A stretch of DNA of 64,000 nt, taken from NCBI GenBank assembly GCA_043228905.1, contig JBHGNT010000011.1, positions 2,604,001-2,668,000 of the forward strand, written 5' to 3'. The notes beneath the pieces are model-generated. The model worked only from the letters and a program-made list of their open reading frames with translations, ran no database searches and was not told the DNA's origin. Both the position numbers and the translations under genes were made by a program. Of the stretch, positions 29,148 to 39,710 are shown piece after piece. This DNA comes from Azolla caroliniana. Taxonomy: Eukaryota; Plantae; Polypodiophyta. Each line of letters opens with the position of its first letter. Position 1 is the first letter of the stretch.

Positions 29148-30650
29148 TGTGAATGTTAATGTGTGGAAGCATCAGATAGAACCGGCTCAACCGGATAGCA
29201 ACAGAAAATGAGTAGAAGATTTAATGGAAAAGCTTCAAGCACAGAGGAGACAGAGAGAGCAAAACATGAAACTATATTCAAAAATTAACTCTAAAACTCT
29301 GTACATACAACGTGCTAAACAACACTATTTATACAAGTCCATAAAGGACTAATAGAAGTACTGACAAGTACTTCAATGCTCACTTCTGTGATTGACACTA
29401 ACTATGAGACAATGATTACCTAGTAGTCTAGGCTACTATTAGGCTTCCGGTTCCCACTCGAATCCGGCTCCCCGATCCGGACGGTTGTTTCCGGATACCC
29501 TCCGGATACCGATTCGACTCATCCTTCCGGATGCCGATCCGGCTCAGGCTTATTCAGCTGATCCGGATCCGGTTGAGCTTGCTCGCTCAACACTCCCCCT
29601 CAAGCTCAACTTGAGGTCGGATCGTGGTATTAGTGTCTGCGGCAACCAGTTTTTCTACCCGGCTCCTTCTGGCGTTGCTCCGCCTTGCTTGCGTTCCTCG
29701 TCCGGTCCGGTCTTGTTTGTCGTGAACCTTCTAGTTCTACGCACCTCGACCTCCTCGATCGGCTTGTCTGCTCAACAAGCCCATTTCAGCTCCCTCGCTG
29801 TTGTGACTCCGGTGCTTGTCGACCCGTTAATTCCTTCGTGTTGGCGTCGACTTCCGTTGCGTTCGTGTCCACTTAGCCTTTAGTTGATCCAACTTCTCCA
29901 AATCTTGAACCGAATTGGTTTCCTTCGATTCGTTCAAGCTCTTGTCCAAGTCGGTGTTCTCCAACTCGTCTTCTGGTTTCAGGCCCTTCACCATACCGGA
30001 CCACATCCGGGTCTTGGCCGTTTTCTTTCGGTCGGCTCTGTCCTTCTTGACTCTACTGCCGCTGCCGTTTGTTCCGAACTTTTCGGATGTGGCGACTCCT
30101 TCGGTCGGCCTAGCTTCCTTTTTCCTCTTGTCTCCCCCTTTGTTGGTTCTTTCTTCCTCTCCGACTCCTTGTCCGGTGCCATCCGTTCCCTTTTCTTTTC
30201 TCCCCCTCAAGTGCGGCACATTGAGATGTTGAACACCAAGCATTTTGGTGAAGTGCTGCAATTTGTCCGATCCGAGTGGTTTGGTGAAGATATCGGCAAC
30301 TTGCCGATCCATCTGAACATACTGAAGGTCTACTTCACCGCTCAAAACCCGCTCATGCATAAAGTGATAATGGACTTCTATGTGCTTCGTCCGAGCACGG
30401 AACAGGGGGTACTTGGTGAGTTGAATGATGCTCATGTTGTCACAATAGAGCAGGATCGGGGTCTGTACCTCAAACTGCAGGTCTTGCAGCAGTCGCCGAA
30501 GCTAGATGGCTTCACAGGTGGTATTGGTAGTGCCCCGGTATTCAGCCTCAATGCTCGACAGAGCCACTGTTGGCTGCTTTTGGCTGCTCCACGTAACAGC
30601 CGCGCTACCCAGAGAAAACATGTAACTGGGGCACTGATGCATCGCCGTTA
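29148..30650 (-). mobile_element. Copia H 3' end (RNase H, charged tail, PPT, 3' LTR 29148-29592)
   Basis: RTKHIEVHYHF and VADIFTKPL motifs in ORF 29827-30435. PPT complement CTCCCCCTCAA lies next to the LTR. Truncated at about 30650. Confidence 0.88.
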
Positions 30651-30760
30651 AAATGACATGTATTTAACTAATTAGCTATTTGTTTAGCTAGTGTTTTGTG
30701 GGAAAATCATAAGGATGGTTTAAGAAATTTTATGTTTTATTAGTTAAATACATGTCATTT
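30651..30760. repeat. 22-bp perfect inverted repeat at the Copia H truncation point
   Basis: AAATGACATGTATTTAACTAAT (30651-30672) and ATTAGTTAAATACATGTCATTT (30739-30760). Confidence 0.85.
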
Positions 30761-32914
30761 AATTGATTAGAATACTCAAATATTTGAACTTTGGTTTCTG
30801 ACGTAGTGGAACATGGGGAATAATGCCATCATCTAAGGTCAACTTGAATGTCATTAAATTCTTGGTAATCCTGAGTTCGAGTTCAAACTCCAAACGAAGC
30901 CCCCGCAGCAGCACAAAAACTTTGAGATCGACATTGCACCTTAAGAGCTACAACACACGAGCTAGTTGATCCTCGTTCAGGTATATATTAAAAAAACTTT
31001 TTTTTTCCTTTCTGATAACTGTTTGTAACTTTGGTGCCTATTCATCTTTCCCAAAAATCAAATAGGGCGAAGTCGTTGGAGTCCCAAACAAGGATGTCTC
31101 GAAGATCGGGGTGTAGCAGCAGGTGTGTTTTTGATTGACAGAATTTCGTAGTACGGTTGATTTCTGCCTTTAGTGATGATTAGGGTTTGTGTTTCCCTTC
31201 AGTGGTTTAGGGTTTCTAATTACAAATTTTAGATTACAAGTTTTTGGTTGCAAATTTCTATTACAAATTTCTGATTACTATTGCAATCTGTTGTAATTTT
31301 GCACCAATTCTCATGACAAATTCTGATTAGGGTTTTTGATTTTTTAAGTGGTTGATTTTTGATACATGTTGAAAAGGATAGATTACAAATTTCAGATTAC
31401 TGTCTCAAAGTGTTGTAATTTTGCACCAAATTCACATTAAAAATTCTGTTTTTGCACCAATTCTTATTACTGATTTTCTATTTCAGGTGACTCGTTCCTC
31501 CCTATCCTAGAGTATTGAACTTCGCAAAATTTTGTGAGACAAAGGAGGACTTTCACAACATATATGGTCTGTCGCTCAAGGGTATTCACCCTGCTATTCT
31601 AACAGATAGATTGATTAGTGATGTAGACTGGATATCAGTATATAAAGTGCCTAGAGTGAAAGGCAAGGTCAAGCTCAAGCATGTACAACTGGACCTGTAC
31701 GATGACTACATGAGACTGCACCAGAAAGTACATCAAGAGATCCCGGTCAACAACGAGTTGTCTGTTTCATTTGCCAGAGCTTTTGCATACGAGGATTGCA
31801 AAATAGCGAAGGAATCTCTTGACCCTGAAATGTACAAGGTAGCTTGGGCAATTTATGGTGAGGCATCGGTAGAAAGATGTCGGAAGATGGGGAACTTGTA
31901 GTAGCTAATGGCAAGATTTTGGAGCATGGCAGTTGATGATGCAACTGCCGACTCCCAACAAACCCGCAAGTATACGCCACACTAACACACAATGAAAGTC
32001 AATGTCGATGATACAGGTGAGACATTGATTAGCTATATGCTAAAAAATGTCCATGAAGCCTGTGAGACATTGGAGTTTTTTAAGACTGATTTAGAGAAAG
32101 CAACATTGGCTACTGCGATGAAGAGCAAAGTCACTTTGGCAGTTACAACAATCGGAAATAAGATTCAAGTACCTATTGTTTTGCTAGTATGTAATATGTT
32201 ATAAATAACTTGTACATGAAAATGTGCTAGTGAGGCATTATCTGGAATAGGTTGCTCAACATGAACTTGAAATTGAGGGGTCGTTGGATCCCCAGCGGAA
32301 AATTCAACTGCAGACAGAGATCCAAGTTCTTTCAATGAACGAGGACCTTCTAGGTGTAAATACTGTCGCTGATTACAATTGGGAAAAGCTACAAGTAAGT
32401 TAATGATTCTTGTTTCTTGTTGTTGTATCTTCCTCATTAAGGAATAATTAATCGGTAAATTTCTCGGTTGCGTTGAAGGAACAATACTCCCGTCAAGAAC
32501 AGGTAGTTAGCTGCCTTAAGAAGCAGCTACATTTTGCGGAGGGGATGGTAAAGAGCATACAAGAATTGGACCTGAACATTCTTGCTCCCTTGCCAAATGA
32601 AGGAGAACCAGGAAACGATATATTGACTGTTCAAGCACGTTGCATCGCTTGTGGATTACGTGTAGAGGACAAATCTGCTACTCTGATGGTTCACCTACAA
32701 CCATGCCAACACACATACCATATCGTTTGTTTTCAATATGCATGTCGCATTGATGCATTCTGTTTGGGGGATTGTGGTACAGCTCTCCCAGATGAGTGGA
32801 GAAAACACACAGATAAAATTGTTGCTTGTGACCATATTGTAGCTGATTAGTTCCATCTTTGATAATTAGGTAAGTTGTATAAAGTGTGGAAACTATTTAG
32901 CCATTATGGTTGTA

Positions 32915-33682
32915 GTGTAGTAGCTAATTACTTAACATGTAGTTAATTAGCTAAGTGGTAACTAATTAGCTACTACCATACTTTAGCTGAGTAGCTAATT
33001 AGCTACTATCATAGTTTACTACAGTAGCTAATTAGCTACTGCCATACTTCAGCTAAGTAGCTAATTAGCTACTACCATAGTTTAGTACAGTAGCTAATTA
33101 GCTAAGTGGTAGCTAATTAGCTACTACTATAGTTTAGTGTAGTAGCTAATTACCTAAGTGATAGCTAATAAGCTACTACCATACGCTAGCTAAGTAGCTA
33201 ATTAGCTACCACTTAGCTAATAAGCTACTACCATAGTTTAATACATTAGCTAATTAGCTAAATGATAGCTAATTAGCTACTACTATAGTTTAGTACAATA
33301 TCTAATTAGCTAAGTGGTAGCTAATTAGCTACTACCATAGTTTAGTACAGTAGCTAATTAGGTAAGTGGTAGCTTATTAGTTGTTTAGTACAGTAGCTAA
33401 TTCTTAACTAATTAGCTACTAGCATACGTTAGCTGAGTAGCTAATTAGCTACCACTTACCTAATTAGCTACTACCATAGTTTAATATGATAGCTAATTAG
33501 CTACTACCATAGTTTAGTACAGTAGCTAATTAGCTAAGTGGTAGATAATTAGTTACTACCATAGTTTAGTACAGTAGCTAATTAGCTACCAGTTAGCCAA
33601 TTAGCTACTACCATAGTTTAGTACAACAGTTAATTAGCTAAGTGGTAGCTAATTAGCCACTGTACTAAACTATGGTAGTACC
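32915..33682. repeat. Degenerate satellite built on the palindrome TAGCTAATTAGCTA (left part)
   Basis: Many TAGCTAATTAGCTA copies alternate with CTACCATAGTTTAGTACAG or AGTGG spacers. The array continues at 39454-39710. Confidence 0.92.
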
Positions 33683-33815
33683 TGTCAGGAACTCTATTAA
33701 GGCAGAGAAGGAATTAGTACTAAAAGAAGGATTAGTACTATTGTTGGGGAATAGTACTAAGACAGAGAAGGATTAGTACTATGAGAGGTGTCGAACTTTG
33801 AGAGAAGGAATGAGT

Positions 33816-33853
<38 letters not shown>

Positions 33854-34135
33854 TGATGCGAAAGATATATGTATTATATGAAGGAAGATATACAACAGTA
33901 GTTAGAAGGCTTAAGACTGGCGTTGAACCGATTTGGTTCGAACTAATGCCTTGCGCCTCCTTTTATAGTATCTTCAGGAATACTCCTGAAGTTTCTAGAA
34001 TGTTCCAGAGAAATCTGGAATATACATCAATTTCCCAATAAAACCTAAATGAAAATAATATCTTTCAAATTACAATTCATAACCTAATGGTAAAGTCTCG
34101 ACCCGTGTAACAAAAGGTTATGGGTTCGAGTCTAG

Positions 34136-37100
34136 TTATGACACTATCCCCCCTTTAAAACGACGAGTTCCACGAGTCGTTTTGGATTGAGGACCCGGTT
34201 TCTCGGGAGATCGTCGATGGAAGTCTTCTAGAAGAGCACGAGCATTGGTCACATTCTCGATCGGTTCCCAAGTACGCTCGCTGGGACTATATCCTAGCCA
34301 ATCGACTAGATAGTAGAGCTTGTTGCGAACAATCTTGGAATCGAGGATGGCAGCGACCTCATACTCAGGTCCATCTTCGAGCTCGATAGGAGGTGGTGGT
34401 TGTATAGTACGTCCTGGGATAGTGCTCTCGTGATAGGGTTCGAGGAGAGAACTATGAAACACCGGATGTATCCGAAGTTGCGGAGGTAGCTCGAGACGAA
34501 AAGCGACATCATTAATCTTCCCGATAATACGGAAAGGACCTAATCGCCGATAATCCAACTTCTCACATGGGCGAGTAGTCTTGATGTGTCGTCGTAGCAG
34601 CCACACCCGATCTCCAATGTTAAAACTGGATGGAAGTCGATGACGATCTGCGTAGTCCTTGTGTGATTGTTGAGCTTGCTGGAGTTGAGTAGATAAATCC
34701 GCTTGTATCTTGCGTAACCGCTCCAAACGATCCTCCGCGCAAGGATTTGTGGACACTTCTGGGGTTTCAAGGACACACCACCGGGGATGATATCCCGTAT
34801 AAGCGTAGAATGGCGTGACTTTAGTCGATGCGTGGATAGCGTTATTATAGGCAAATTCGGCGAACTGAAGAATATCTGCCCAGTCATTCTGATGATAGTT
34901 GAGAAAGCACCGCAGATACTGCTCCAGTGTTTGATTTGTTCGTTCGGCTTGACCGTCGGTTTGTGGGTGGTAGCCGGAGGAGAGGTTACAAGTGACCTTC
35001 AGCATTTTAAAAAGGTGCTTCCAGAATTTTGACACAAACTGGGGTCCACGATCGCTGATGATATTATCAGGGAGTCCATGATGCCGACATACTTCCCGCA
35101 TGACAATTTCGGCGGTGTCTTCACTAGATATTTCTTTAGTACATGGTAAGAAATGAGCCATCTTCGTATATCGATCCACCACTGTGAGAATCGCACTGAA
35201 TCCCTTAGAGACTGGAAGATCTGTAATGAAGTCAAGAGCAATGGATTGCCATGGCTTGCTTGGAATTGGTAATGGTTCTAATAAACCATATGGATGATGT
35301 CTTGGCATTTTCGCTCTGCAGCATGTATCGCAAGTCCGAACAAAATCTTCGACAAATTGTCGCATACGGGGCCACCAGAATGATCGTTGTACTAAATCTA
35401 ATGTTTTAGTACTACCAAAATGTCCTGCTGTATATGTGTCATGGCAGTTTTGTACTACTCGAAGGCGGCAAGAACCATTAGGAACATACAAAAGTTCTTT
35501 AAAGAAGAGTAATCCATCACAGTATTTGAATTGCCGATAATCCGTACCTGGTGATTGTGATTGTGAACATGACGCTCGAGAGGGGTCAATTTGTGCTAGT
35601 ATAGCTTGGGCGAAAGCGTCAGTCTTCAAGTCCTCACGTATAGTATTGGTAATGTCGGAATCCACGGGCATGTCAAAGACCTGTGCTGCTTGCAGTCGTG
35701 CTGGACCCAAGATTACTTGTTTCTGGTTATCGAAAGCTGGCTCACGGGGACGTGGTGTTAGATACGAACGCCGTGATAATGCATCTGCCTTCCCTTGGTG
35801 CTTCCCCGGACGATATGTAATTTTGAAGTCGAAGCGTGTGAGGAAGTGGGCCCACCGAGCTTGACGTCGATTCAGTACACGAGCATCTTGAAAGTAGGCA
35901 AGGTTCTTGTGGTCACTGAATACAGTGACCTGATGAGGAGATCCCTCCAGGAAATGCCTCCATTGCATAAAAGAATCAACTATTGCTAATAGCTCTTTAT
36001 CATGAATTTCGTAGTTGATTTCGGCGGCGTCAAACTTACGGGAGTGGAAAGCCACAGGATGTAGCTTCTCGTCGTTACCCTGTTGTGACAGAATGCTCCC
36101 CAATGCGAAATCCGATGCGTCAGCTTCGATAATGAATGGTTTTTCCGGATCCACATGACCTAAAATTGGAGCTGATGTAAACGCCTTCTTAAGACTCTCG
36201 AAAGCCATGTCCGTCTCTCTAGACCAAATGAATGATTGTCCCTTCCTGGTGAGCTGTGTGAGAGGCAGCACAATTTTTGAGTAATTTTGTATGAACTTCC
36301 GGTAAAAATTTGCAAAGCCTAGGAAGCATTGCACATCCCGCACCGAACGCAGAGTGTGCCATTCTATCACCGTTTTGACCTTGGCTGGGTCCATAGATAT
36401 GCCTTCTGAGGAGATGACATAGCCGAGAAATTCCACTTGGTTGCACCCGAAACTACATTTCTCTAACTTTGCATACAGACCATGTTCTCGAAGTCGTTTT
36501 AGTACTAATAGTACATGAGAATCATGTTCTTCTTGGGTCTTTGAATAAACCAGTAGATCATCCAAATAGATGATCAAAAAATCATCCAAGAGATCTCGAA
36601 ATATATCATTCGCCATGTGCTGGAAGACTGCCGGCGCATTAGTGAGTCCGAACGGCATGACCGTATACTCGAAGTGCCCATATCTGGTGCGAAACGCGGT
36701 CTTCCATTCATCTCCTGGTCGGATCCGTACGAGGTTATAGGCTCCTCGTAAGTCGATCTTCGTGAAGAACCTGGCACCGTTGATCCGTTCTAAAAGACTT
36801 GAGATAAGGGGAAGAGCATACCTATTTCTTACTGTGACCTTATTCAAGCCACGGTAATCTACAACGAGTCGAAGCGAGCCATCTTTTTTCTTGACGAAGA
36901 AAATGGGTGCGCCGGCTGGAGATTTCGAATGCCGAATGAAACCGTTCTCCAAATTCTCCTCTATATAGGCTCGAAGGACTTCTAGCTCGGTTGGTGACAA
37001 ATTGTAGATCGGCCCCCATGGCGGCTCTTTTCCCGGTTGTAAGTCGATGGCGCAATCGTACGGCCGATGATGAGGAAGTGTGTTGGCTTGTACTTTATCG

Positions 37101-37732
37101 AACACATCAGCATACTGACGATACTTCTCGGGAAGTTGAACGGTGGACTCCTCTTTGGTGGTGCTGGAGGGTTGTACTGATATTGCGAAGAGAAACATTT
37201 CCTCCTTGCGCCCTTCCTCACGCAACTGACGTAGCGAAATGGTTGCAACCTTCTGGGTAGATCCTTGGGTTTGTCGCAACCGGATTTCCCTTGTCCTCCA
37301 ATCTATGTCTGGGTTATGTAACTCGAACCATGGTAATCCTAAAACTATGGGATGTTCTGGAATACTAATAATATTAAATGATACTACACATGTTAAGTTA
37401 TCTAGGACAATATTAACGGGTTCCGACTCTTCTATGATATTGCCAGAAGCAATGGGACGACCATCAATGACTACTACTGAGGCTGGACATGGGAGTTTTC
37501 TGAGAGATATCTGATGAGCTCGGGCAAAATTCCTATCCATGAAGCAAGAATTAGCTCCGGAATCTAGAAGGGCTAAGGTATGTACTGGAGGGGTACTTTT
37601 AGTACTAACTGCTACTTGGGCTACGAACACATCACTAACTTGCTTAGAGGGAATGGAACCACTAATGGGCTGCACAGATCTAGGGCTGTCCAACCAAACG
37701 GCTCCTATTTTGGTTGGACTTAGTCGTTTAAC
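34136..37732 (-). CDS. pol: Pol polyprotein PR-RT-RNase H-IN-chromodomain, in the -1 frame relative to gag
   Basis: 1185-aa open ORF with LLDSGA, YLDD, ADASDFA, GHFG..CDTC, LDFITDL, GPF and EYEVAAILDS..YLVDWLGY..TWEP. The frame is open back to the slippery site at 37726-37732. Confidence 0.95.
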   Translation of the reverse strand, partial: VKRLSPTKIGAVWLDSPRSVQPISGSIPSKQVSDVFVAQVAVSTKSTPPVHTLALLDSGANSCFMDRNFARAHQISLRKLPCPASVVVIDGRPIASGNIIEESEPVNIVLDNLTCVVSFNIISIPEHPIVLGLPWFELHNPDIDWRTREIRLRQTQGSTQKVATISLRQLREEGRKEEMFLFAISVQPSSTTKEESTVQLPEKYRQYADVFDKVQANTLPHHRPYDCAIDLQPGKEPPWGPIYNLSPTELEVLRAYIEENLENGFIRHSKSPAGAPIFFVKKKDGSLRLVVDYRGLNKVTVRNRYALPLISSLLERINGARFFTKIDLRGAYNLVRIRPGDEWKTAFRTRYGHFEYTVMPFGLTNAPAVFQHMANDIFRDLLDDFLIIYLDDLLVYSKTQEEHDSHVLLVLKRLREHGLYAKLEKCSFGCNQVEFLGYVISSEGISMDPAKVKTVIEWHTLRSVRDVQCFLGFANFYRKFIQNYSKIVLPLTQLTRKGQSFIWSRETDMAFESLKKAFTSAPILGHVDPEKPFIIEADASDFALGSILSQQGNDEKLHPVAFHSRKFDAAEINYEIHDKELLAIVDSFMQWRHFLEGSPHQVTVFSDHKNLAYFQDARVLNRRQARWAHFLTRFDFKITYRPGKHQGKADALSRRSYLTPRPREPAFDNQKQVILGPARLQAAQVFDMPVDSDITNTIREDLKTDAFAQAILAQIDPSRASCSQSQSPGTDYRQFKYCDGLLFFKELLYVPNGSCRLRVVQNCHDTYTAGHFGSTKTLDLVQRSFWWPRMRQFVEDFVRTCDTCCRAKMPRHHPYGLLEPLPIPSKPWQSIALDFITDLPVSKGFSAILTVVDRYTKMAHFLPCTKEISSEDTAEIVMREVCRHHGLPDNIISDRGPQFVSKFWKHLFKMLKVTCNLSSGYHPQTDGQAERTNQTLEQYLRCFLNYHQNDWADILQFAEFAYNNAIHASTKVTPFYAYTGYHPRWCVLETPEVSTNPCAEDRLERLRKIQADLSTQLQQAQQSHKDYADRHRLPSSFNIGDRVWLLRRHIKTTRPCEKLDYRRLGPFRIIGKINDVAFRLELPPQLRIHPVFHSSLLEPYHESTIPGRTIQPPPPIELEDGPEYEVAAILDSKIVRNKLYYLVDWLGYSPSERTWEPIENVTNARALLEDFHRRSPEKPGPQSKTTRGTRRFKGGIVS

Positions 37733-38889
37733 TCTTCTTCTAATTGGCTAAGGACATCAAATTTGTTTGCGAGATTCAGACTATTAGTACTATTAGGACT
37801 ATTGTGACTATGAGGACTATCAGAGATTCCTACTGAAATAGACTCGGGTTTAGTATAGTCAGAACTAACAACGACTTGGTTTACCTGCCTTCTTGGTCTA
37901 TGGGGACAGTTTATCGCGATATGCCCTGGTCCACCGCAATAAAGGCATAATCGGTTTGTTCGGCGTCGTTGCTTTTCCTCCTCCGATAGCGGCCCACGAC
38001 GACGTGTAGTGTCAATTTCCATTGGAGTTGGAGTACTTACTGGAGGCGCATTATGTGACTCCCTTTGAAAAGGTTTCGCTACCACTGAGGCATAGGTCGG
38101 CTCGGATCTTGCCCTCGGCATCTGAAATTGTCGTTCCGAACGTCGCTCGAAGAGGCGGTTGTCACATCTGACCGCTCGACTGATTGCTTCTGTTAATGAT
38201 TTTGGCTCTTCAGGGAAAGTCAAGAGTAAATCCTTGACATCGTTGCGTAGACCATAGCGGAACTGCTCCATCAATGCTTGATCATCCCAGGGGATATCGG
38301 CGGCGAGTAGGCGGAAATCTGCAGCATATGCGGAGGCTGGACGGTCACCTTGGCGTAATCGCCGGATTTTGTTGATTGCAGTCCTTATGCTGTCAGTATC
38401 TCCAAAACATGCTTTAAACTCACTTATGAATTCTTCAAAATTATTTAGTACTGGAGATTCCTTTTCTAGTAGCGGAGCGAACCATGCTAATGCTGAGCCA
38501 TTTAACAACGTGCCTACTAAACCCACTCGTGATGCATCGGTGGGATATCGGGACGGATGCATTTGAATAACTAACCGTACCTGGTTAAGAAACCCTCTAA
38601 ACTGCGATCGCGTTCCATCGAACTTCGTGGGAAGGCCAATCTTGGGTTCTTTATGAATCCCTTGTGCTCCGTGCCCTTGTTGTTGCATTGCTACGATGGT
38701 TGCTTCGAGTTGTTGCACGCGTAACGCAAGTTCCCCATGTTGTTGTTGCGTTTGCTGCTTTTCTAAGGAAATTTGCTGAAGATCCCCCAACAAGCGTTGA
38801 TTTTCTTGTTCCAAAGCATGGAACTTCTCTTTCAAGCATTGAAATTCCGAGAAAACGGATTGATACTCTTCAGCGCTAACGGTGGCCAT
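37720..38889 (-). CDS. gag: Gag (PEG10/Tf1-like capsid with CCHC knuckle)
   Basis: 389 aa with an N-terminal coiled coil, KFDGTR..F, LRQG..YAADF, PMEID and CLYCGGPGHIAINC. Confidence 0.95.
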   Translation of the reverse strand: MATVSAEEYQSVFSEFQCLKEKFHALEQENQRLLGDLQQISLEKQQTQQQHGELALRVQQLEATIVAMQQQGHGAQGIHKEPKIGLPTKFDGTRSQFRGFLNQVRLVIQMHPSRYPTDASRVGLVGTLLNGSALAWFAPLLEKESPVLNNFEEFISEFKACFGDTDSIRTAINKIRRLRQGDRPASAYAADFRLLAADIPWDDQALMEQFRYGLRNDVKDLLLTFPEEPKSLTEAISRAVRCDNRLFERRSERQFQMPRARSEPTYASVVAKPFQRESHNAPPVSTPTPMEIDTTRRRGPLSEEEKQRRRTNRLCLYCGGPGHIAINCPHRPRRQVNQVVVSSDYTKPESISVGISDSPHSHNSPNSTNSLNLANKFDVLSQLEEELND

Positions 38890-39123
38890 GGGATGAAGGA
38901 AAAGGGAAATAAGAGACTAGTAGGAAAGGAGGGAGACAGAAGGAAGAGGGAGAGAAAAGACCAGACAGGCACCCGAAAATCGGTTCAAACTGTCAGGAAC
39001 TCTATTAAGGCAGAGAAGGAATTAGTACTAAAAGAAGGATTAGTACTATTGTTGGGGAATAGTACTAAGACAGAGAAGGATTAGTACTATGAGAGGTGTC
39101 GAACTTTGAGAGAAGGAATGAGT

Positions 39124-39163
<40 letters not shown>

Positions 39164-39453
39164 TGATGCGAAAGATATATGTATTATATGAAGGAAGATA
39201 TACAACAGTAGTTAGAAGGCTTAAGACTGGCGTTGAACCGATTTGGTTCGAACTAATGCCTTGCGCCTCCTTTTATAGTATCTTCAGGAATACTCCTGAA
39301 GTTTCTAGAATGTTCCAGAGAAATCTGGAATATACATCAATTTCCCAATAAAACCTAAATGAAAATAATATCTTTCAAATTACAATTCATAACCTAATGG
39401 TAAAGTCTCGACCCGTGTAACAAAAGGTTATGGGTTCGAGTCTAGTTATGACA

Positions 39454-39710
39454 GTACCTAATTAGCTACCACTTAGCTAATTAGGTACTACCATAGTTTA
39501 GTACATTGGCTAATTAGCTAAGTGGGAGCTAATTAGCTACTACCATACTTTAGTTATAGTGGCTAACTAGCTAGTACCATACTTTAGTTGAGTAGCTAAT
39601 TAGCTAGTACCATACCTAAGCGAAGTAGCTAATTAGCTCAGTGGTAGCTAATTAGCTACTGTCATAGTCTAGAAGAATAGCTAGTTAGCTAAGATGTAGC
39701 TAATTAGCGA
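39454..39710. repeat. TAGCTAATTAGCTA satellite (right part)
   Basis: Same units as 32915-33682, split by the chromovirus insertion. Confidence 0.9.

Larger units (their letters stand above)
33683..39453 (-). mobile_element. Intact, very young Ty3/Gypsy chromovirus (Tcn1/Tf1-like)
   Basis: LTRs 33683-34143 and 38991-39453 appear identical except for one AG unit. Perfect TSD GTACC, PPT AAAGGGGGGATAG, and uninterrupted gag and pol with a C-terminal chromodomain. Confidence 0.98.

Noticed and set aside
34095-34135. GGTTCGAG B-box-like motif in the chromovirus LTR as a tRNA gene
   Set aside because: No cloverleaf or A-box could be built. It is only a short hairpin-like U3 segment.
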